Shown here one piece after another: positions 1 through 8,957 of a DNA stretch of 38,862 nt. The number at the start of each line of letters is the position of its first letter. Position 1 is the first letter of the stretch. This stretch comes from Candidatus Limadaptatus stercorigallinarum (GTDB lineage Bacteria > Bacillota > Clostridia > Christensenellales > CAG-917): contig DVMN01000059.1 in NCBI GenBank assembly GCA_018714975.1, positions 1-38,862 of the forward strand, in the 5' to 3' direction. The notes below the pieces were generated by a model. The model had not been told where the DNA came from, did no database searches, and saw only the letters and a program-made list of their open reading frames with translations. A program made the translations under genes and the position numbers.

Positions 1-59
1 TGCCGCCGCACGCAGGTGCGCGGCAAGTGCGCGGCAGGAGAAAAACAGCGTTCAAACGC

Positions 60-214
60 TTGACTTGACGGTGTATTTTATATAAAATGTTTACGTTCCT
101 GAGACAGCAAGCGGCGAAAGCCTCAATGCAATGCTTGCCGAGGAGTGTATAGTACCGGTGTTGGTATTCGTCATTCTGTGTCTCGGGATGACGAATTATT
201 TTTATAAGGAGGTA
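60..214 (+). promoter_or_regulatory. Candidate sigma-A promoter (TTGACT 60-65, 17-nt spacer, TAAAAT 83-88) plus a ~125-nt 5' UTR of rplJ, in the position of the ribosomal protein L10 leader
   Basis: Hexamers read directly from the sequence. A long untranslated leader precedes rplJ. The L10-leader assignment rests on position only; no structure was verified. Confidence 0.35.
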
Positions 215-217
215 ATG

Positions 218-721
218 ATGGCATCCAAGGAAGTTCTTGAACTGAAACAACAACAGGTTGAAGAGATTAAGGCGAAGATTTCCTCGGCAAAGTCCCTCGT
301 CATCATCGACTATATGGGGCTCAACGTCGCGGAAGACACCGCTTTCAGAAAGGAACTCAGAAATGCGGGCGTCGACTATCAGGTGCTCAAAAACCGTCTT
401 GTCAAGCGCGCATTCGACGATCTCGGATACACCCAGTTCGACGAAGCTCTGAACGGACCCACCGCCGTCGCGTTCTCCGACAAGGACGCGGTCGCACCGG
501 CGAAAATCATCGTTGACAGCATCAAAAAGCTCAACAAGATGAAAGCCAAATGCGGTATGGTGGAAGGCGAGTTTATGGACGAGAGCGGCATCAAGATGAT
601 TGCTTCCATTCCGTCCAAAGAGATTCTCATCGCGAAGATGCTCGGCAGTATGCAGTCGCCCATCACGGGTCTGGCGGTCTGCCTGAACAAGATAGCGGAA
701 AAGATGGAGCAACAGGCGTAA
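218..721 (+). CDS. rplJ: 50S ribosomal protein L10
   Basis: Translation [21 protein letters not shown]...[35 protein letters not shown] is a typical L10. AAGGAGG at 206-212 lies 5 nt before ATG 218 (ATG 215 is an alternative start). rplL follows immediately. Confidence 0.93.
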   Translation: MASKEVLELKQQQVEEIKAKISSAKSLVIIDYMGLNVAEDTAFRKELRNAGVDYQVLKNRLVKRAFDDLGYTQFDEALNGPTAVAFSDKDAVAPAKIIVDSIKKLNKMKAKCGMVEGEFMDESGIKMIASIPSKEILIAKMLGSMQSPITGLAVCLNKIAEKMEQQA

Positions 722-783
722 CATTCACTCTCGCCGCACAGAGGCGGCGCACAAAACAAAATAAAATTACGGAGAATATCAAA

Positions 784-1158
784 ATGGCAGATTTGCAGAA
801 ACTTATGGAAGAAATCAAGAGCATGACCGTTCTCGAACTTTCCAAGTTCGTCAAAGAGCTTGAAGAGGAGTTCGGCGTCAGCGCGGCGGCTCCCGTCGCA
901 GTCGTGGCAGGCGGTGCGGCAGAGGCTGCTCCCGCAGAAGAAGAGAAGACCGAATTCGACGTCATCCTGAAAGAAGTCGGCCCCAACAAAGTCCAGGTCA
1001 TCAAAGTCGTCAAGGACGCGACCGGTCTTGGTCTTGTCGAGGCGAAGGGCGTTGTCGACGGCGCGCCCAAGGCTGTCAAGGAAGGCATTCCGAAGGATGC
1101 TGCGGAAGCACTCGTCGCCAAGTTCAAGGAAGTCGGAGCGACCGCGGAGATTAAGTAA
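784..1158 (+). CDS. rplL: 50S ribosomal protein L7/L12
   Basis: [37 protein letters not shown]...Ala/Glu hinge...[33 protein letters not shown] is a classic L7/L12. GGAG at 771-774. Confidence 0.95.
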   Translation: MADLQKLMEEIKSMTVLELSKFVKELEEEFGVSAAAPVAVVAGGAAEAAPAEEEKTEFDVILKEVGPNKVQVIKVVKDATGLGLVEAKGVVDGAPKAVKEGIPKDAAEALVAKFKEVGATAEIK

Positions 1159-1208
1159 TCGCCGCATAACGGACCGCATTTGCGTATGCGGATAACCGGA
1201 CTTTACGG

Positions 1209-1246
1209 GCGCGGAAGCGGCACTGTGATGTTGTTTCCGCGCTTTT
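1209..1246 (+). terminator. Candidate intrinsic terminator after rplL
   Basis: GCGCGGAA (1209-1216) pairs with TTCCGCGC (1235-1242), followed by TTTT. The 18-nt loop is large, so this is only moderately convincing. Confidence 0.4.
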
Positions 1247-1317
1247 GAGCATTCACCACCGTTTTCGGATTGCGGCGGGGGATTACCACGGACAAAAGCC
1301 AACAAAGGGAAAGGATT

Positions 1318-2367
1318 ATGAAACACAAATCAGGGGCGAATTATGCCAAGATTGCGGTAATCGCAGTCGCTCTTGCCGTAGCCGCAACCTGTACCGTGTC
1401 GGGTACGCTCGCGGCGTTCAGCGCGACGTATACCTGGAACTCGGATTCCGCTTCCGCGGGCGACATAGGATTCAGGGATACGGTTTATTCTTTCGGACTC
1501 TTCAACAACTCTTTCATTGTCCCGGGCGACAGCGGTTCGGCGACACTCACGGGCGCGGACTTCGGCGGCCACGCCGTCGAATGGACGTTTGAATCGCACA
1601 ACGAGAACGCTATGCCCGTAGTGTTCTATTCGCTGGACGAGGAGGGCAACCCCGACTTTTCTTCGTTTTATTCGGAATACGATTTCACGGATTTGGCGGG
1701 ATTTTATGCGCTCTGCGAGGACGGGACGGCAGTCCCCGTTTCCGAGGTCTCCGTCGACCCCGCCGCAATCGCGCAGGGGCTCGGCATAGGGAAGACGGTA
1801 TGCTGGGCGTGGTTCGACACTTTCTATACCGACCAAACGTGCGAAACGGAAGCGAGCGGCTCCGAAGTGGACGCTTACGAGGAATACTGCCGCAACATCT
1901 GTACACAGGCATATGCATTTGACGCCGGTATCGGTGATATTCTTGGTAATGTAAGCGCGCACGCATTCGTAACCGGCGTTGCGGAAGATGCGCTGACCGT
2001 GTGTTCGTTTGACCTGGGCTCAGAGAAGCAGGTAGTCGACGGTTTGCTGACTATGGGCGGTGTGACCGTTTATGTAGAAAGATACGGGATGTTTACGTCG
2101 CCGTCCGCGTCTGTCGACCTTACCGGCGACAGCGCGGTATGGGTGCTTTTCCCCGCAGTTATGTCCGACGACGCGGACGCCGCGCTTTCGGAAGCGGGAA
2201 TAAGATATGAGAAAGGCGGACTGTATTCTCTCGGCGCCGATGTCACGGCCGCAATCGAGGCAGTCCCCGACGCGGGAGGAAATAGAATTCTTTACAAAAT
2301 CTTCCCGTCGGAGGCGGGCGAGCGGGCGCAGATTTCGGTCACGATAAGCGCGACGGTCACGGTGTGA
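1318..2367 (+). CDS. Secreted TasA/camelysin-like protein with a SipW-cognate-type signal peptide
   Basis: The N-terminus MKHKSGANYAKIAVIAVALAVAATCTVSGTLAAFSA carries the G-T-x-A-x-F signature of SipW-dependent signal peptides, followed by an IVPGDSGS motif as in TasA-family proteins. AAAGGGAAAGGA precedes ATG 1318. The next gene is SipW-like. Confidence 0.6.
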   Translation: MKHKSGANYAKIAVIAVALAVAATCTVSGTLAAFSATYTWNSDSASAGDIGFRDTVYSFGLFNNSFIVPGDSGSATLTGADFGGHAVEWTFESHNENAMPVVFYSLDEEGNPDFSSFYSEYDFTDLAGFYALCEDGTAVPVSEVSVDPAAIAQGLGIGKTVCWAWFDTFYTDQTCETEASGSEVDAYEEYCRNICTQAYAFDAGIGDILGNVSAHAFVTGVAEDALTVCSFDLGSEKQVVDGLLTMGGVTVYVERYGMFTSPSASVDLTGDSAVWVLFPAVMSDDADAALSEAGIRYEKGGLYSLGADVTAAIEAVPDAGGNRILYKIFPSEAGERAQISVTISATVTV

Positions 2368-2912
2368 CGCGACCGATGCGTGCGAGGGCAGCGATGAGTG
2401 CCGCCGCACGTTCGGCGGCGAAGTTATTGTTTTCGCTGGCGGTTGCATTGGGCGTAAGCGTGGCGGTGCTTTGTCTTGCCGTGCTCTCGTGCACCGCGGC
2501 GGAAGGCTATCCCAATCTGTTCGGCGACGGTTTTGTGCTGAATTGCGGAGGATATTGCCCGGAACTTCCGGAGGGCGACCTCGTTTTCTTCACGGAATGC
2601 GACCCGACGGAACTTGCCGAGGGAGATTTCGTCGTGTGGCGCAATTCCGCGGGTATGCGTGTCGGACGCGTGTATTCGACGTCCGAGAGTTACGTCACCG
2701 TACGCGGCGATGGATATGTCACGGCGCTGCCGCTTTCCGTCGTGCTGGGAAAGGCGACTCGGCATAACCCCGGTTTCGGAGTTTTTCTCTCCGCCGTTTC
2801 TGAGAATTCGGAGTTCGGGACGGCGACGGGCATAGCGATTGCGCTCATCGCGCTCATATCTCTGATTTCGGACCTGACAAGGCGAGCGGGCTCCGCTTTG
2901 GCGGAAATCTGA
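2364..2912 (+). CDS. SipW/archaeal-type signal peptidase I-like membrane protein with its catalytic Ser and His apparently substituted
   Basis: GTG 2364 overlaps the upstream stop (GTGA); ATG 2376 is an alternative start. There is an N-terminal TM and a C-terminal TM (GIAIALIALISLI), as in SipW. By-eye alignment with SipW: FG..F....CGGYCPELPEGDLVFF versus SGSMEPEFNTGSLILV, EGDFVVW...RVGRVY versus KGDVITF...VTHRIV, and RGDG versus KGDN. Confidence 0.5.
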   Translation: MTRPMRARAAMSAAARSAAKLLFSLAVALGVSVAVLCLAVLSCTAAEGYPNLFGDGFVLNCGGYCPELPEGDLVFFTECDPTELAEGDFVVWRNSAGMRVGRVYSTSESYVTVRGDGYVTALPLSVVLGKATRHNPGFGVFLSAVSENSEFGTATGIAIALIALISLISDLTRRAGSALAEI

Positions 2913-2923
2913 ACGGGAAAGAC

Positions 2924-2949
2924 AAAACGCGCGGTGATACGCGCGTTTT
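2924..2949. terminator. Bidirectional intrinsic terminator between convergent genes
   Basis: AAAACGCGCG (2924-2933), loop GTGATA, CGCGCGTTTT (2940-2949). The A-tract and T-tract flank the stem symmetrically. Confidence 0.65.
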
Positions 2950-3000
2950 CTTCGGGGCGAATTCGGGAATGACGCGATTGCCCGAAAGCAAACCGCGCGG

Positions 3001-3507
3001 TCAGCCTTCGGCGCGGTTTTCTCCGTCGTTTTGCGTCGGAGAAAAGGATGAGAGGGCGGAAAACCATTCCTTTTTGTCGAAACGCGGGTTTGCGGGGCTT
3101 GTCGAGGGGAGCACGCGGCAAATCGGGGCAAGGTCGGGAAATGTGCCGAGCAATATTCCGAGCGCGCGTTTGCCGTTGACGAACACGCGGCGTATTCCGT
3201 GTGTGCGCACGAATGCGTCCACGTCCGCCACGACGTAGTCGCGTATGCTTTGGTCGCTCGACCCCACAATCTCGCACTCCGTCACCACGTCCCAGAGCGC
3301 TATGCCGTGCGCGGCGAGGAAACTTTTCTTTTCGTCGTTGGTCGACGGCGTTTTTTCGCCGAAGTATTCCGCAAGCGTGCGCCAGAACCTGTTCTGAGGA
3401 TGTCCGTAATAAAAATCCGTTTCCCGCGATTTGACGCTTGGGAAACTGCCCAGAATAAGGGTGTGGCATTCGCCTTCGCAGAAGGGGCCGAAACCTGTCG
3501 CTCTCAT
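3001..3507 (-). CDS. Uracil-DNA glycosylase superfamily protein (hypoxanthine/deoxyinosine-DNA glycosylase-like)
   Basis: GFGPFCEGECHTLILGSFPSVKSRETDFYYGHPQNRFW...LPSTSPANP matches the GSFPS/HPxNxFW/PSxSxAN pattern of this small UDG family. Confidence 0.7.
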   Translation of the reverse strand: MRATGFGPFCEGECHTLILGSFPSVKSRETDFYYGHPQNRFWRTLAEYFGEKTPSTNDEKKSFLAAHGIALWDVVTECEIVGSSDQSIRDYVVADVDAFVRTHGIRRVFVNGKRALGILLGTFPDLAPICRVLPSTSPANPRFDKKEWFSALSSFSPTQNDGENRAEG

Positions 3508-3647
3508 GCCGCAATGTTAACAAGGCGCGCAGAGATTGTCAACCGTACCGAAATATGCGCGTTTGAGTTGTGTGCAAAGGATAATGGTGGTATTATATTT
3601 ATAATTTTGTTCCGCAGGCGTGCCGCCGTTGGACGGCAGGAGGAAAT

Positions 3648-5081
3648 ATGACGAAATTCGCGAAGAAATTCTCGCAATTTGCCTACACGGATTTTTATCT
3701 TTTCGCATTTGCGGCAATAGTCACGATAGCCTGGACCGTGGAAAGCGCGGAGTTCGGGTTTGTTGCGCTGGTGCTTCTCACCTGCATTGCGCTCGTGACC
3801 CTGAACGATATCCTGCCGCTCACCGCTCCGTTGTTTTATGCAATGTGTATGATTTTCACGGACAAGGTGGAAGATTTCATCTTTATGTGGCCGACTTTCA
3901 TTCCGCTGGGCATAGCTCTCGCGATATTCGTGGTGCGCAACAGGGCGCGCATACGTTTAGGAAAGATGTTCGTGCCGCAGCTTCTCGTATCTGCCGCGCT
4001 GCTGCTGGGCGGCGTCGGGGTGTGTACGGCGGAGGAATACTTGCGTGCGCTGCCCAACACGCTCTTTCTCGGCATAGGTGTGCTTGCGATATATATGCTG
4101 ATTTACCAGTTCGCGGGACGCGACGACAGGCGCGACGTCGGGCTGTATTTTTCCAAAATGCTGATGTGGCTGGGGTTCGCCGTGCTGGCGGAGACAGCCG
4201 TATGGTACATCCGCGCGGACCTCGCTCCGTCGGAGTGGGGGACGGTGGCGCGCGATTTCGGCTGGGGCATAGAAAACAACGCCGCGACCATACTCAGCCT
4301 GACGGCGCCGATGTGTTTCTATCTCGCGTCGCGCTATCGGAACGGCGGGATATACGCACTCTGCGGCGTGGCGCAGTATGTCGGAATAGTGCTGACTTAT
4401 TCCCGCGGCGGAATACTGATGGCTGCCGTGACGGGACCCGTATGCGCCGTGTGCACGCTTGTCAAAGCCGTGGACAAGAAACGTATGGGCATTGCCTATG
4501 CGGTCATAATCGCGGCTGCGGCGGTCGTGTGCGGCGTGCTCTTCGACGAAATCGCCGCGGCGATAGACAGCCTGTTCGACCAGGGGTTCGGAGTGTCCAG
4601 TCGCGACCTCCTCTATGCGGAAGCGTGGCGGCTCTTTGCGGGCCATCCCTTCCTCGGCGTCGGGCTGGGATATGTCGGGGAGAATTTCAGCATCAACACG
4701 ATGCAGTTTTATTGGTTCCATTCCACGCTGTTTCAGGTGCTCGCCAATATGGGGGTGGTCGGGCTTGCCGCATACGCCGTGTATTACGTCGCGCGCTTCA
4801 GGATTGTGTGCGCAAAGCTCCGCAACCCGTTCAACCTTTTCGTCCTCGTGGCGTGGCTGGGTTTCGAAGGATATTCGATGATGGACACGGGCACGTTTGT
4901 GCCTTTCCCGACTATGGCGCTGGTGCTCGTGATGACCGCAATGCTCGAAATCACCGGTTCGCGTCCTCAGTTCACGGGCGAACCCGACGCATACAACCGC
5001 ACCTTCGCGCGCGGCGGAGTGTGCGCGGAGGCGCGCAGATACGACTCTTTCACGCCCGCATACATCCGTGCGGCGGCGTGA
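3648..5081 (+). CDS. O-antigen ligase (Wzy_C)-like polytopic membrane protein
   Basis: At least 10 hydrophobic segments. The central YSRGGILMAAV motif and large loop are typical of the O-antigen ligase/Wzy_C family. AGGAGG at 3638-3643 lies upstream of ATG 3648. Confidence 0.6.
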   Translation: MTKFAKKFSQFAYTDFYLFAFAAIVTIAWTVESAEFGFVALVLLTCIALVTLNDILPLTAPLFYAMCMIFTDKVEDFIFMWPTFIPLGIALAIFVVRNRARIRLGKMFVPQLLVSAALLLGGVGVCTAEEYLRALPNTLFLGIGVLAIYMLIYQFAGRDDRRDVGLYFSKMLMWLGFAVLAETAVWYIRADLAPSEWGTVARDFGWGIENNAATILSLTAPMCFYLASRYRNGGIYALCGVAQYVGIVLTYSRGGILMAAVTGPVCAVCTLVKAVDKKRMGIAYAVIIAAAAVVCGVLFDEIAAAIDSLFDQGFGVSSRDLLYAEAWRLFAGHPFLGVGLGYVGENFSINTMQFYWFHSTLFQVLANMGVVGLAAYAVYYVARFRIVCAKLRNPFNLFVLVAWLGFEGYSMMDTGTFVPFPTMALVLVMTAMLEITGSRPQFTGEPDAYNRTFARGGVCAEARRYDSFTPAYIRAAA

Positions 5082-5111
5082 TGCGGCGGAACGGAAATGC
5101 GCCAAAATAAC

Positions 5112-5140
5112 AAAAAACGCCGTTTATACGGCGTTTTTTT
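5112..5140. terminator. Bidirectional intrinsic terminator
   Basis: AAAAAACGCCG (5112-5122), loop TTTATA, CGGCGTTTTTT (5129-5139). It lies between convergent genes. Confidence 0.8.
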
Positions 5141-5155
5141 AATGTTTAATCGTCA

Positions 5156-5470
5156 TCATTTGCCGGTTGAAATTATGCGGGATTTGCATTTTGCGGCAAA
5201 AGGCGCGTCTTTGACGGTGATTTTGTCCGCGGTACATACGCCGCCCGAGTTCAGGGCGCATTCGGCGGAACATTGCACTATGCTGTCGTTTTTTGCGCCG
5301 TGGAATTCTTCGCCCGCTTCCACGTCCGCAAAAGACTGTGCGAGCGCGCCGCCTTCGCGCTTTATGCGGCTGAGACATTTCGCGCTGTCGCCGACGGAGA
5401 TTATCCCCGCAAGACATCTGCATTTGAGATTATGTTCGCAGTTGGACGTTTCGCAAATTATTTCTTTCAT
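5156..5470 (-). CDS. DUF1540 domain-containing protein (two Cys-rich repeats)
   Basis: Two copies of the C-x-x-x-x-C-x-...-C-x-A-x-x-I-x-V pattern: ICETSNCEHNLKCRCLAGIISV and VQCSAECALNSGGVCTADKITV. Confidence 0.65.
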   Translation of the reverse strand: MKEIICETSNCEHNLKCRCLAGIISVGDSAKCLSRIKREGGALAQSFADVEAGEEFHGAKNDSIVQCSAECALNSGGVCTADKITVKDAPFAAKCKSRIISTGK

Positions 5471-5611
5471 AGTTACCTCCTAGGATAGTTTTGCCAAAAA
5501 AATTCTTTTTACACGTCCGCGCGTCAAGTCGGGAAAATCCTCGTTTTTTGCGGGGAAGGGAAAGATTTTGCGGTTTGCGGCGGCGGAAGCGGTTTATGTG
5601 CGCCGTGCGTA

Positions 5612-5640
5612 TTGTCAGTTCGCGCGCCGTGTGTTATAAT
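5612..5640 (+). promoter_or_regulatory. Sigma-A-type promoter of the rplI operon
   Basis: TTGTCA (5612-5617), 17-nt spacer, TGTTATAAT (extended -10, TATAAT 5635-5640). AAAGGAG at 5647-5653 precedes ATG 5660. Confidence 0.6.
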
Positions 5641-5659
5641 CCGTGAAAAGGAGAACATT

Positions 5660-6106
5660 ATGAAAGTCATTCTCAATCAGGATGTGAAAGGCACGGGCAA
5701 AAAGGGCGAGATTGTCGAGGTCAACGACGGATACGCCCGCAATTTCCTGCTCAAAAAGGGGCTTGCCACCGAGGGCACGACGCAGAATCTGTACGTCGCC
5801 GAACAGCGCAGGAAAGCGCACGAGGCAAAAGTCGCCGCCGAGCGCGCCGAAGCTCTCGAAACGGTGAAGAAGCTCAAAGACACGGTCGTCGTCGTAAAAA
5901 TGCGCGGCGGTGACAACGGCGGGAAGATGTTCGGCTCCGTCACGGGCGAGAACATCTCGGCTGCGCTTGCGGAGCTCGGCTTCGACATCGACAAGAAAAA
6001 GATAGAAATCAAGGACACCATCCGCGACTTCGGCGAGGCGGAAGTGCTTGTGCGCGTCTATCCCGAAATCTCCGCTCACGTCAAAATCCGCGTGGAACGC
6101 GCCTGA
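5660..6106 (+). CDS. rplI: 50S ribosomal protein L9
   Basis: [36 protein letters not shown] is the canonical L9 N-terminus, and the 148-aa length fits. Confidence 0.93.
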   Translation: MKVILNQDVKGTGKKGEIVEVNDGYARNFLLKKGLATEGTTQNLYVAEQRRKAHEAKVAAERAEALETVKKLKDTVVVVKMRGGDNGGKMFGSVTGENISAALAELGFDIDKKKIEIKDTIRDFGEAEVLVRVYPEISAHVKIRVERA

Positions 6107-6810
6107 TGGAATACGAAGTCACGCTTGACGCGGCGGGGCATTCCGTTTTGCAGGATACGGAAGGCTACCGTTTTTCGCAGGACTCAGTCATCTGCGCCAA
6201 TCTGCTTTCCGCGGGCAGCCGCGACAGGCTGCTCGACCTCGGCTGCGGCGGCGGGATAATGTGCGTGCTCGCTCTGCTCAAAAAGGGCGTGAAAGAGGCG
6301 GTCGGCGTCGAAATCGACGCGCGTGCGGCGGAACTTGCCGCAAAGAATGCCGCCCGCAACGGGCTTGACGGGCGTATGCGCGTCCTGTGCCGCGACGTTC
6401 GCGGGGCGTGGGAAGAGCTCGGAAGGGAAAGTTTCGACAAAGTCGTGTGCAATCCGCCCTATTTCGATTTCGCCGACGGCACGGACGGAGGAAAGACGGC
6501 GGGCGCGAAGAGGGAAGGCGAGGCGACTCTCGACGATTTCATCCGCGCGGGAGCGGAATGCCTGCGTTTCGGAGGCGACTTCACGCTGGTTATGCGCGCG
6601 GACAGACTGTGCGACGCGGTGACGTCGTTCAGAGCATACGGGCTGGAACCGAAAAAGACGACTTTCGTGTTTCCTCGCGTCGGGGCAGGCGCAAACGCGT
6701 TTGTTATGACCGCACGCAAAGGCGGAAAGACGGGGATGACCGCGGACGCCCTTTACGTTCTGGACGCCGACGGCGCGCGGACGCGTGAGATAGAGGAGCT
6801 TTACTGCTGA
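6106..6810 (+). CDS. SAM-dependent N6-adenine methyltransferase, TrmN6/YfiC/YabB-like
   Basis: LLDLGCGGGIM (SAM motif I) and VVCNPPYF (NPPY motif IV). ATG overlaps the rplI stop (TGATG). The position upstream of rsmI matches yabB-yabC synteny in Firmicutes. Confidence 0.7.
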   Translation: MEYEVTLDAAGHSVLQDTEGYRFSQDSVICANLLSAGSRDRLLDLGCGGGIMCVLALLKKGVKEAVGVEIDARAAELAAKNAARNGLDGRMRVLCRDVRGAWEELGRESFDKVVCNPPYFDFADGTDGGKTAGAKREGEATLDDFIRAGAECLRFGGDFTLVMRADRLCDAVTSFRAYGLEPKKTTFVFPRVGAGANAFVMTARKGGKTGMTADALYVLDADGARTREIEELYC

Positions 6811-7607
6811 TGGCAAAACTTTACATCGTGGGCACGCCGATAGGCAATATGGGTGACCTGACCCGCCGCGCGGAGGAGACTCTGCGCGCCGCGGACGTCA
6901 TTGCCTGCGAAGATACGCGGCACAGCAGACCGTTGCTTGCGCATATAGGCGCGAAAGGACAGCTTGTGTCATATCACAAGTTTAACGAAGCGGAATGCGC
7001 GCTTAAACTTGCGGAATTTGTCGAAAACGGCAAAAACGTCGCGCTCATTACGGACGCGGGTATGCCTTCCGTGTCCGACCCCGGCGCGGAAGTCGTCGCA
7101 CTTTGCAGAAAGCGCGGGGTCAGTGTCGAAAGCGTTCCGGGACCGAGCGCCGCGACCACCGCCGTTGCGCTCGTCGGGCTGAAAAGCAGTGGGTTCGTTT
7201 TTCTCGGATTTTTGCCCGAAAAGGCGTCGGCGCGCAGGCTCGCGGTCGAACGTGCGGCGCGGGCGGGACTGCCTCTCGTCATATATGCCGCGCCTCACGA
7301 CGTGAAAAAGACGGCGGCGGAGCTCGGCGGCATACTCGGCGACCGCAAGGTTTACGCTGTGCGCGAGATGACCAAACTTCACGAGTGCGTGACGGAGAGC
7401 ACCCTGCTTTCCTTCGAGTGCGAGGAGAGAGGGGAAATCGTGCTTGTCGTGGAAGCGGGAGAGGAAGAAAACCCGATGCTCGCGCTTTCTCCCGAGGAGC
7501 ATCTTGCAGCATATCTCGACGGCGGGATGGACAAGAAGGAAGCCGTAAAGAGGGTCGCCGCGGAACGCGGGGTCCCGAAGAACGAGATTTACAGACTCAC
7601 GCTTTGA
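6810..7607 (+). CDS. rsmI: 16S rRNA (cytidine1402-2'-O)-methyltransferase
   Basis: MAKLYIVGTPIGNMGDLTRRAEETLRAADVIACEDTRHS is the hallmark RsmI N-terminus. The start overlaps the upstream stop. Confidence 0.88.
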   Translation: MAKLYIVGTPIGNMGDLTRRAEETLRAADVIACEDTRHSRPLLAHIGAKGQLVSYHKFNEAECALKLAEFVENGKNVALITDAGMPSVSDPGAEVVALCRKRGVSVESVPGPSAATTAVALVGLKSSGFVFLGFLPEKASARRLAVERAARAGLPLVIYAAPHDVKKTAAELGGILGDRKVYAVREMTKLHECVTESTLLSFECEERGEIVLVVEAGEEENPMLALSPEEHLAAYLDGGMDKKEAVKRVAAERGVPKNEIYRLTL

Positions 7608-7610
7608 GTT

Positions 7611-7637
7611 GCGCGCCGACTGCGGCGCGTTTTTGTT
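7611..7637 (+). terminator. Intrinsic terminator after rsmI
   Basis: CGCGCCG (7612-7618), loop ACTG, CGGCGCG (7623-7629), then TTTTTGTTTG. Confidence 0.75.
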
Positions 7638-7786
7638 TGAGTTTTTCTTTTAATGCCGCGCAGGAGAAGGCGTCCGCTTCGGTGAGGGTGGGTTTTCGGC
7701 ACGCTTCGGCAGCTTTCGACCGTATGCAGGAGAAGAAGCCGTTTTTCGCGGAGGGCGGAGTGTTAGCGTTGAATGCGGAGGTGGCT

Positions 7787-8929
7787 ATGCTCGGCGGAAA
7801 AACGGAAGCGCCGCGGCTCAATACGACCGTGGACGGAACGGAGATATACACAGGCAGAGGTTATGTCGGCGAACTGCCGGAGGCGGTGGCGGAATTTCTG
7901 GAAAGCGGGCGCATTCTGCTTGTGACGGACGCGGACGCGGGGAAAACGGCGGAAGAAATAAGCAAGGCGCTGAAAGGTTTCGGGTTCAGGGTGACGGAGC
8001 GGAGTGCGCGTGACGGCGGGGACGCGGACGAATGCTGCCGGCTTGTGCTCGGAGCGGGGGCTGCCGAGGCGGCGGAAGCGGCGAAAGCGGCGGCAAAAAA
8101 GCTGGACGCGGAATGCGTGCTTTTCCCGACCGTACCTTGCGAGGACGGACTTCTGAAAGGCGGCGGGGTGCGCGCGGTGTTCTTTGACGGGGAAGTGCTT
8201 GACAGATGTCCCAAGGAATGCGAGGCGGCGGGAGCGGGGTTGCTTTACGCTCTGCCCGTGCGCAGGTTCGAGGACTGTTATGCGCGCAAGATAACGGCGC
8301 GGGTCGTTACCGAAAGAAAACAGACGGAAACCGTGTGCGGGGACAGGACGGAGCTTGCGGTGCGCGTGCTGGAAAGCGGCGCGGAGTACGGCGACGGATA
8401 TGCCTGCGACAGAATGGCGGAACTGCTCGCGGGGATTGCGGAGAAAAAGGGGAAGACGCCGCGGCGGCGCGGAGAGTACGTCTTTCTGTCCGCGTGTGCG
8501 CTTGCCGTGTTCTATACGTCCTTTCTTTCGTCGCCGGCGATAGACACTCTCGTGCCCGCCGACCACGACGCGGCGCTGGACGAGATTGCGCGCCTTACCG
8601 GCAGGGAGCGCGTCAATCTTATGCAGGCGTTTGACTTTTTCGACACGGACGTTTATTTTAGAATTAATTATATTCTCGGCGAATACAGGATGGACCTGCT
8701 TGCCGAGCTGTCCGTGCAGGATATGCGCGCCGCCGAAAGGCGTTGGCGGCGCATTTACGACGACGCGGGCTATTGGCTCAAAAGCGCGGTGACCGCGCGC
8801 GACGTGCTGGATGCGATGTCCCTTGCGGGAGAGCTTTCGGGCGGTCTGCTCGGCTATGCCGCCGCGACGGGGTTTCTGTCCGTGATGACTGCCGGGACGG
8901 AGAGGGAAGAGGGCAGAAAGAGCGCCTGA
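7787..8929 (+). CDS. Hypothetical protein with a degenerate Fe-ADH/glycerol-phosphate-dehydrogenase (DHQS-like) fold
   Basis: The ORF frame is open from 7103, but the first 500 nt overlap rsmI. GGAGGT at 7777-7782 precedes ATG 7787 (ATG 7724 is an alternative start). ILLVTDADAGKTAEEISKALKGFGFRV...LVLGAGAAEAAEAAKAAAKKLDAECVLFPTVP follows the Rossmann/GGGxxxDxxK/PT layout of Fe-ADH-like enzymes. The glycine motif is degenerate and the protein contains only one His. Confidence 0.45.
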   Translation: MLGGKTEAPRLNTTVDGTEIYTGRGYVGELPEAVAEFLESGRILLVTDADAGKTAEEISKALKGFGFRVTERSARDGGDADECCRLVLGAGAAEAAEAAKAAAKKLDAECVLFPTVPCEDGLLKGGGVRAVFFDGEVLDRCPKECEAAGAGLLYALPVRRFEDCYARKITARVVTERKQTETVCGDRTELAVRVLESGAEYGDGYACDRMAELLAGIAEKKGKTPRRRGEYVFLSACALAVFYTSFLSSPAIDTLVPADHDAALDEIARLTGRERVNLMQAFDFFDTDVYFRINYILGEYRMDLLAELSVQDMRAAERRWRRIYDDAGYWLKSAVTARDVLDAMSLAGELSGGLLGYAAATGFLSVMTAGTEREEGRKSA

Positions 8930-8957
8930 CGGGCGCACCGCTCACAAAGGAAGGAAT

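Noticed and set aside
3620-5110. 496-aa alternative-frame ORF overlapping the O-antigen-ligase-like gene
   Set aside because: The alternative frame gives Arg/Gly/Ala-rich sequence with no TM pattern. The 3648..5081 frame gives a coherent polytopic membrane protein with an SD.
7103-7786. N-terminal 228 codons of the 608-aa ORF 7103..8929
   Set aside because: This part overlaps rsmI in another frame, crosses the rsmI terminator (7611-7637) and is Arg-rich nonsense. A real start with an SD exists at 7787 (or 7724).
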